A stretch of 62,233 nucleotides of DNA, the filler included, from Candidatus Woesearchaeota archaeon (lineage in GTDB: Archaea > Nanobdellota > Nanobdellia > Woesearchaeales > ARS49), in NCBI GenBank assembly GCA_016188265.1. It is 3 parts of 3 records of this genome, joined end to end, with 100 filler letters (N's around TTAATTAATTAA, not from the genome) between each part and the next. Parts side by side here need not be neighbours in the genome. Positions count along the whole stretch, not along the records: positions 55,612 to 62,233 come from JACPID010000018.1; 2 more parts are not named here. One strand, 5' to 3'. Each line of letters begins with the position of its first letter. Position 1 is the stretch's first letter. The position numbers were made by a program, and so were the translations under genes. This document shows, in pieces, positions 55,985 through 62,233 of this stretch. The notes below the pieces were generated by a model. The model ran no database searches, was not told where the DNA came from, and worked only from the letters and a program-made list of their open reading frames with translations.

Positions 55985-56302
55985 TTACCTATTTCTCCAG
56001 TTTACATCATGTTTAGTATAGAAACTAGGAACATTTCTTTTTAACCATATTATGAAGGCGATTGCTCCAATGATTAGAAATACAATTGATGCAAAGAGAA
56101 CCCACAGTCTAAATTCTTTAATATTATTTCCAAACAAAATATTACTGAAAGAAGCTCTCATTAATACTACTCCAATCAGATCACTTCCTCCGGCAGATAT
56201 AATAGGATGTTTTCTACAGAAATAACTCACTCTTTGAAAAAAAGAATATCTCCTAAAATGTTTTTTATGGTGAAATCTTTTGTGTGGATGTCTTCTTCCC
56301 AT
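55985..56302 (-). CDS. Hypothetical membrane protein with basic His-rich N-terminus
   Basis: GAGG RBS before MGRRHPHKRFHHKKH; two hydrophobic helices. Confidence 0.55.
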   Translation of the reverse strand: MGRRHPHKRFHHKKHFRRYSFFQRVSYFCRKHPIISAGGSDLIGVVLMRASFSNILFGNNIKEFRLWVLFASIVFLIIGAIAFIIWLKRNVPSFYTKHDVNWRNR

Positions 56303-56433
56303 ATAACCTCTTTTTAGGAGTTTAAAGTTGGTTATCTTTTTAAAACTTTCCAAGTCCCTTAGACGTTACAATACAGTATTTGAGAAGGATTTATAAATAC
56401 AAATTAATTTAGATCCGCGAAGGTGATGTAAAA

Positions 56434-56580
56434 ATGACAAAAGGAAGATGTATGAAATGTCAAAAAGAAGTTGAAATGAAAGATCCTAAAGAAGTGGTAA
56501 TGAAGAATGGAATGAAAGCTGCAAAAGGATCATGTCCAAAATGTGACACCAAAGTCTTTAGAATCTTAGGAAAGAAGTAA
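56434..56580 (+). CDS. Small zinc-ribbon protein (DUF5679-like, 48 aa, not in ORF track)
   Basis: MTKGRCMKCQKEVEMKDPKEVVMKNGMKAAKGSCPKCDTKVFRILGKK; GGTGA RBS; TTTATAAA box upstream. Confidence 0.8.
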   Translation: MTKGRCMKCQKEVEMKDPKEVVMKNGMKAAKGSCPKCDTKVFRILGKK

Positions 56581-56701
56581 CACAATTCATTATTAGAATA
56601 TTAGAAGAGAATGAATGTGGAGTAAAATATTTTTTAGTATTTGGCAAAATGTATAATTTTTAGGCAATTATTTAAATATGTATATTAGTCAGTAGGTTGT
56701 T

Positions 56702-57871
56702 ATGGTTGATATAAATTATATTTTATTTGGAATTTTTGTTATTTTAATGCTAATATTTCTAAGAAAAAATAAGCATGCAGTTCAAGTGCAGAAAATATTG
56801 TATCCTTTAATTTATTTTGTCATGTACAGGACAAAATGGGGTCTTGGCTGGATGGATAGAACAGCTAAGAAATATCCTAATTTATTGCGCTGGATTTTTT
56901 CTTTAGGGGTAATTATAGGATTCTTAGGCATGATTTTTATATCTGCTGAATTAGTTATGGTAACTATTAAGATTTTTACTCAAGAAAAAGCTCCAGCTGC
57001 AGTTCAACCAGTGCTTCCTTTTGATGTTAAAGGAGTTTACTATGTTCCTTTTGTATACTGGATACTTGCAATTTTTATTATAGCGCTAGTTCATGAATTT
57101 TCTCATGGAGTAGCTGCGCGTGTTTATAATATTCCTTTAAAGAGTTCAGGTTTTGCATTTGTAGGGTTAATTGTTCCAATTATTCCTGCTGCATTTGTTG
57201 AGCCAGATGAAAAAAAGTTAATAAAACATAGAAATTGGGAGCAATTAAGTGTTTTTGCTGCAGGACCCTTGGCAAATATTTTGACAGCAATATTAATTGT
57301 GATTATTTCAGGAATATTGATTGCACCAGTTTCAAATATGCTCTTTCATTATGAAGGCATTAAAATCAAAGAAATTGTTAGAGATAGTGCAGCTGCTCAA
57401 ATAAATATGCAAATAAATGAAGTTATAACTGGTATTGATGATAATAAATTTAAAACTTTGGAAGAATTTCGCAATTATTTAGGAAGAAAAAATTCAGGTG
57501 ATGAAATAATAATTAAAACTGATAAAGGTTCTTACCAAACAATTTTAGGAAGCAACCCTGAAAACAATAAAAATGCATTTTTAGGAGTAGTTCCAGTGCA
57601 GAATGCAGTGCAAAAATATACAACAGGAATAGGGTTTATACTTACAAAATTATTTACGTGGTTTAGTGGTTTTTTAATACAATTATATTTACTAAGTTTA
57701 GGAATAGGGCTGTTTAATCTAGTGCCAATAGGCCCTATTGATGGTGGAAGAATGTTTAAAACAATCATAACAAAAATTATTCCAGCAAGAGCACAAAATA
57801 TTTGCTCATTCACAAGCTCAATGCTAGTATTTCTTATTTTATTTCATGTATTCAGAGCTTTTGTTGGATAA
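56702..57871 (+). CDS. Site-2 protease (M50) with PDZ domain
   Basis: HEFSH, AAFVEP, AGPLAN, NLVPIGPIDGG. Confidence 0.95.
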   Translation: MVDINYILFGIFVILMLIFLRKNKHAVQVQKILYPLIYFVMYRTKWGLGWMDRTAKKYPNLLRWIFSLGVIIGFLGMIFISAELVMVTIKIFTQEKAPAAVQPVLPFDVKGVYYVPFVYWILAIFIIALVHEFSHGVAARVYNIPLKSSGFAFVGLIVPIIPAAFVEPDEKKLIKHRNWEQLSVFAAGPLANILTAILIVIISGILIAPVSNMLFHYEGIKIKEIVRDSAAAQINMQINEVITGIDDNKFKTLEEFRNYLGRKNSGDEIIIKTDKGSYQTILGSNPENNKNAFLGVVPVQNAVQKYTTGIGFILTKLFTWFSGFLIQLYLLSLGIGLFNLVPIGPIDGGRMFKTIITKIIPARAQNICSFTSSMLVFLILFHVFRAFVG

Positions 57872-57872
57872 A

Positions 57873-58265
57873 ATGAAAATAATTGTATATATTTTATTTT
57901 ATATTTTGCCATTAGTATTATATTCCGGTTTTATTATATACTTATCGTCATTGTCAGATATTCCGACAATTCGCAGTGCATTTACTAAAGAGCCTATTTC
58001 AAAAGATGCTTGGACTGGAGATGAACTAGAACATATTTTTGAGTATGGCCTTTTAGCGTTTTTATTCAATAGATCTATACTGCCAACAAGATTCAAAAAT
58101 AAAGCTTTTTTATTAACTATTATTTTTATTGTTTTATTTGGACTTTTTGATGAAATTCATCAATATTTTGTTCCAAAAAGAAGTTTCAGCATTATTGATT
58201 TAGTTTGGGATTTTATCGGAGGCTTAACAACACGAATTACTTCAAGATTGTTTTACAGGTTTTAG
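57873..58265 (+). CDS. VanZ-family membrane protein
   Basis: H..EYGLL and DEIHQYFVPKR...D...D motifs. Confidence 0.88.
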   Translation: MKIIVYILFYILPLVLYSGFIIYLSSLSDIPTIRSAFTKEPISKDAWTGDELEHIFEYGLLAFLFNRSILPTRFKNKAFLLTIIFIVLFGLFDEIHQYFVPKRSFSIIDLVWDFIGGLTTRITSRLFYRF

Positions 58266-58383
58266 CAACTTAACTAATAATTATATAAGTATTACAATAA
58301 TAAGAATGACATGTTAAAAAGTTTATTATATTATGTGCTGTTGAATAGATAATAATAAATATTAAATGATCAAGGTTAATAAA

Positions 58384-59355
58384 ATGAAGCTAAAATTTTG
58401 GGGTGTAAGGGGAAGTATTCCTTCTCCAGGAAAAGATACAGTTGAGTATGGTGGAAACACTAGCTGTGCAGAAGTAAGATCAGCAAGAGATAATATTTAT
58501 GTTATTGATGCAGGTACAGGAGTAAGAGAATTAGGAAATCAGTTATTAAAAGAAGGAAAAAAGAAGATTAATATTTTTATCACTCATGCTCATTGGGATC
58601 ATATTCAAGGATTTCCTTTTTTTGTGCCTGCTTATGTTCCGGGGCATAAAATAGTTATGTATAGTGGCAATAGAAAACTAGCAGAAGATTTAATTAGGCA
58701 AAATAAAAAAGCAGATACAAAAAAAATAGTAAAAACACTTGAAGAATTACTTCCTAGCAATAAAAATAAGCAAGAAGATCCTTTAAAAACAGATATGGAA
58801 GGACAGATGGATGTATCAGGTGATAAAAAATATTTCCCTGTACAACTTTCACAAATGGGAGCTGATATTTATTTTAAAACTTTGCAATTAGGAGAGACGC
58901 TAGAAACAGATGACATTATAATTAAGCATACTCTTCAAAATCATCCGGGGGGAGCATGTGGATATAAGTTTATTGAACAAGAAAGATCATTAAGCTGTAT
59001 TTGGGATATGGAACTTAAGGGTTATGGAGCAGGAAAAATAGAAGAAAATGACAAATACTTGATTAATTTTATTAAAAATTCAGATGTATTAGTTGTTGAT
59101 GCCCAATATACTGCAGATGAGTATCTTGGTAAAAAATGCATGGCTAAAAAAGGTTGGGGCCATAGCACCCATGATGGAGTTTGCAAACTTGCAGCAATTG
59201 CTGGAATAAAAAAAGTAATTGTATTTCATCATGATCCATCACATACAGATAAAGATTTATCACTAATGGAAAAAACTACTCAAGAATATGCTAAAGCATT
59301 AGATGAAGATTTAGAAGTATTATTTGCAAAAGAAATGATGGAAATAAATATTTAA
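58384..59355 (+). CDS. MBL-fold metallo-hydrolase (RNase Z/phosphodiesterase-like)
   Basis: FWGVRGSIP..G...GGNTSC, DAGTG, THAHWDHIQG, GWGHS, FHHDP. Confidence 0.92.
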   Translation: MKLKFWGVRGSIPSPGKDTVEYGGNTSCAEVRSARDNIYVIDAGTGVRELGNQLLKEGKKKINIFITHAHWDHIQGFPFFVPAYVPGHKIVMYSGNRKLAEDLIRQNKKADTKKIVKTLEELLPSNKNKQEDPLKTDMEGQMDVSGDKKYFPVQLSQMGADIYFKTLQLGETLETDDIIIKHTLQNHPGGACGYKFIEQERSLSCIWDMELKGYGAGKIEENDKYLINFIKNSDVLVVDAQYTADEYLGKKCMAKKGWGHSTHDGVCKLAAIAGIKKVIVFHHDPSHTDKDLSLMEKTTQEYAKALDEDLEVLFAKEMMEINI

Positions 59356-59444
59356 ATGATTTTTTCTTTAACTTGTTAGTTGTTTTTCTTTAATTTGTTG
59401 ATTATTATCCTGAGTTTATTTATTGTTTCTTGGGTAATAATTTT

Positions 59445-60044
59445 TTACACTCCATATTTTGAATAATCTATCCTAGACTTAGCAATAACTTCTTTACCTT
59501 TTTTTATTTTGACAAACATTTTTCCATAACGTTTAAACATCTGAGTCCAAGCCATTTTAGTGTATTGATTTTTCGTAAATGCAACGTCTTTAAGTATCTG
59601 CTCGTTTGTGGCATACTTGAGCCCTGTTTCTTTATCTATTTTTATTTGGCTATGGGTTATAGATTTAACTCTAATAAATTTAATTGTACGATCTTTAAAG
59701 CGTAAAATTCCTTCAATCTTTGTGTTAATAATCTCAATAAATTTCGGTTCATAATACCAGCCATAACCATTATGTTTTAATGCTTCTAAACCAGTGACAT
59801 AGTAAGAACCAATATTATTAAGAAGTACTGTCACCTCATCAGATTTAACTTCTCTTTGCATTAATTCTTGCAAAGCCATAATTTTCTGCTTCATTTTACC
59901 ACGTAAATATCTCTTTTCATTCTCACTAAGTTTCACACCTTGACTTAACTTCTTAATAATACCAAACTGCACAGACTTAAACAGAGTTGGAACTATCAAA
60001 TCCTTTTTATCCGCCATCCAATCAACCAATTGCTGATCAACCAT
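59445..60044 (-). CDS. Hypothetical protein, possibly AbiEi-like (type IV TA antitoxin/regulator)
   Basis: YYVTGLEAL...G...IKFIRVK...TNEQILKD resembles the AbiEi C-terminal domain; AGGATAT-N4-ATATCCT palindrome at 60048-60065 in its promoter. Confidence 0.45.
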   Translation of the reverse strand: MVDQQLVDWMADKKDLIVPTLFKSVQFGIIKKLSQGVKLSENEKRYLRGKMKQKIMALQELMQREVKSDEVTVLLNNIGSYYVTGLEALKHNGYGWYYEPKFIEIINTKIEGILRFKDRTIKFIRVKSITHSQIKIDKETGLKYATNEQILKDVAFTKNQYTKMAWTQMFKRYGKMFVKIKKGKEVIAKSRIDYSKYGV

Positions 60045-60200
60045 AATAGGATATAAAAATATCCTTATATTTATAAATATTTCGTTAAAAAGTCGGATTA
60101 AAATATCTTATCGTAATATTTTACACAATATCGAAAATAAACCAAAACAAAATAAATAAAATAAGAAAAGAACTTAAAAGTTACTCGTAAGTCTCCTAAT

Positions 60201-61295
60201 TTACAATCTGTTTTTATTTTGTAAAGCCCATTCAGCTGTAAGCTGAAGTCCTTCTTCTAAATGAATTTTTGGCAGCCAGTTAAGCTCTTTTTTTATTAAA
60301 TTCAAATAAGCTTGGCAATGCCTGGTATCCATAGTTCCTTTACTAGAAATCAGCGCTCTTGGAGTGTGCGTTATATTTGGATTGCCTGATTTTCTAAGAA
60401 CATTCATGGTTAGTTTTGCAATTTCAAGAATCGAAGCTGAATCACAACCAACATTATACTTTTTAATACCTTGACCACATTCAACTGCCAATAAATTTGC
60501 TCTGGCTACATCATCAACATAAACAAAATCACGAGTTTGCAATCCATCTTCAAATACTAATGGCATCTGATTTTTGTTTAGTAATTGGTTAAAAAATATT
60601 GCATTAACAGCAGTTTCCATACCTTGAGATGATTGTCTTGGGCCGTACACATTAAAGTATCTCAAAGCAATAGCATCAATAGCAAACTGTTGAGCAAAAC
60701 TTAACAAGTATTTTTCTTCTGCAAGCTTGCTAACTCCATAAGGCATACTTGGATCTTGCAAGCAACATTCCGCAGTAGGAACAGGCAATAAATGATAACA
60801 TTGGCAATTAGGACAGGTGTGCTCAAATTTTTTATTTAATAAATCTTCAGGCTTACGAAAATCAGGCTTTAATACCATACAACAATTTGGACACTTATGC
60901 ATGCCCTCACCATATGATGCTTGAGTGCTGGCAAAAACAATTTTTTTCAAAATATTTTTTTCAACTAAAGGAATCATAGCACTGTAAAGATTAAGAGTGC
61001 CCTCAATATTTATTTTAGCATCACTAACAGGATCTTTAGCGCTTCTTCCAGGATTAACACTAGCAGCTAAATGAACAATAATTGATGGAGAAATAATATT
61101 AACAATTGCTGAAAAAGCAGTTTTGTCTCTAATATCAGTCTCATAAAACTTAACAACATCAGAAAGATTATCTCTTCGACCAGTAGAAAGATCATCAACA
61201 ACATAAACATCATAACCATGATCTAATAATTTATCAACAGTATGACTGCCAATAAAACCCGCCCCTCCTGTAACAAGAACTTTTTTTTGAGCCAT
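60201..61295 (-). CDS. NAD-dependent epimerase/dehydratase with CxxC...CxxC insertion
   Basis: VTGGAGFIGS, YGVSK, LRYFNVYGPRQ, RDFVYVDDVA. Confidence 0.93.
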   Translation of the reverse strand: MAQKKVLVTGGAGFIGSHTVDKLLDHGYDVYVVDDLSTGRRDNLSDVVKFYETDIRDKTAFSAIVNIISPSIIVHLAASVNPGRSAKDPVSDAKINIEGTLNLYSAMIPLVEKNILKKIVFASTQASYGEGMHKCPNCCMVLKPDFRKPEDLLNKKFEHTCPNCQCYHLLPVPTAECCLQDPSMPYGVSKLAEEKYLLSFAQQFAIDAIALRYFNVYGPRQSSQGMETAVNAIFFNQLLNKNQMPLVFEDGLQTRDFVYVDDVARANLLAVECGQGIKKYNVGCDSASILEIAKLTMNVLRKSGNPNITHTPRALISSKGTMDTRHCQAYLNLIKKELNWLPKIHLEEGLQLTAEWALQNKNRL

Positions 61296-61349
61296 AACAA
61301 AAAATACAAAAATTAATTATTTTAAAGATTTATATGGTGGAAAATCTAG

Positions 61350-61658
61350 TTAGGATGGAATTATTTTTATTCCTTCTTTGTCTTTTGTCAATGTTCCATG
61401 CTTTCCTGCAGAGATATTATATTCATCTGCGATTTCGCTTGGAATTCTAACAGCAATGCTGTTCCCCCATTTAGCAAATGTTATATCTTTTGCACGTCTT
61501 AATTTTCTGTATTTGTTTGCTAAAACTTTAAGTTGCTTCATGTTCATAATTTCTTCTCCACATTCTGAACACTTGTAAGTCTCAAATTCTATTCCATCCT
61601 GTTTCATAGTGTCTTTTTTCTTTTCCATTTTTCCTTTTTGGCATACTGGGCATTTCAT
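61350..61658 (-). CDS. Zn-ribbon plus AbrB/MazE DNA-binding antitoxin-like protein
   Basis: CPVC...CSECGE followed by KWGNSIAVRIP. Confidence 0.85.
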   Translation of the reverse strand: MKCPVCQKGKMEKKKDTMKQDGIEFETYKCSECGEEIMNMKQLKVLANKYRKLRRAKDITFAKWGNSIAVRIPSEIADEYNISAGKHGTLTKDKEGIKIIPS

Positions 61659-61660
61659 TT

Positions 61661-61903
61661 TTAATTACCTCGTTCTATTGTTTTTATAATAACACAATAA
61701 CCTAAATCTTCGCCAACACAGATTATTGAGCCTTCTTTACCTCTTTTGATAAACTTAATTCCATGCTTTCCAAATCTTTTTACTTTACCTGTTTGCAACA
61801 CATCATAAACTTGATCTGGGAAAGCAATTTCTCTTTCCCTTGCTCTTTTAACAGCATGAACTTTGATAACAATTGGTTTACCTTGAAAGTAACTATCTTC
61901 CAT
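61661..61903 (-). CDS. DUF4258/RelE-like toxin candidate
   Basis: HAVKRARER.I...V...L.TG...IIKT; start at MEDSYF; upstream of the Zn-ribbon antitoxin. Confidence 0.65.
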   Translation of the reverse strand: MEDSYFQGKPIVIKVHAVKRAREREIAFPDQVYDVLQTGKVKRFGKHGIKFIKRGKEGSIICVGEDLGYCVIIKTIERGN

Positions 61904-61946
61904 CCTGTAGATACATGGATATACATGTATATAAATGTTTTGGTTA

Positions 61947-62086
61947 CTAGACTTTTGCATTTTATAAGTAAATAGGCAAAAGTATAGGTCCTAAAGTTTT
62001 GCCTAGATCAATAAAACACGACAAACTGCATTGCAGTTTGTGTGCGCTGAAATTTAAAGAATTTCATGCGAACGCAAAACTTTAGG
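61947..62086. repeat. Compound repeat with four alternating 12-13-bp motifs, containing family D copy 2 (62010-62086)
   Basis: CTAGACTTTTGC, GCAAAAGTATAGG, CCTAAAGTTTTGC (61990-62002) and its perfect inverse GCAAAACTTTAGG (62074-62086). Confidence 0.85.
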
Positions 62087-62233
62087 GTTAGATTGTTTCA
62101 AATCTGGCTCTTAATTATTGATCTGTCATTTCTATGGTGAACTGCCTTGCAAAACATTTGCTTTAAAATCATCTAATACAAGTGTGTATTGTGGAGCGTG
62201 ATAAAAAAGCCAGAAGATATTAAATATTCAAAA

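Noticed and set aside
60780..60900. CxxC...CxxC insert in the epimerase as a novelty
   Set aside because: It matches a Zn-ribbon-containing epimerase subgroup I recognise from bacteria, so it is not unusual enough to flag.
1..62233. CRISPR array or cas genes
   Set aside because: No regularly spaced direct repeats with unique spacers and no Cas motifs were seen.

Overview
AT-rich archaeal genomic DNA whose gene content points to a DPANN archaeon, most likely Woesearchaeota-like (inference from the fused PriS-PriL primase, archaeal ribosomal protein cluster, TBP, MCM and intron-containing tRNAs). It is three contigs joined by artificial 100-nt linkers (N44-TTAATTAATTAA-N44 at 29441-29540 and 55512-55611), so adjacency across the linkers is not biological. 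Contig 1 holds six tRNAs (one tRNA-Tyr with two introns), housekeeping genes (metG, ABCE1, trmI, smc, GlmU-like, DHH), three toxin-antitoxin modules and small accessory genes. Contig 2 holds primase, the L3-to-SecY ribosomal cluster, tbp, mcm, an RPA32-like gene and a compositionally distinct island. The best candidate for an undescribed system is this island (51222-55511). It encodes a MoxR-type AAA+ ATPase, an HExxH-metallopeptidase/vWA protein and two paralogous proteins sharing a near-identical N-terminal leader. The complete paralog ends in a GC-rich run of NNC codons that looks like a diversity-generating retroelement (DGR) variable region. No reverse transcriptase or template repeat is visible, and the contig breaks inside the second paralog. 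At least four families of short hairpin-forming dispersed repeats also occur, two of which supply new C-termini to neighbouring genes. All product calls come from motif recognition only; no searches were run.
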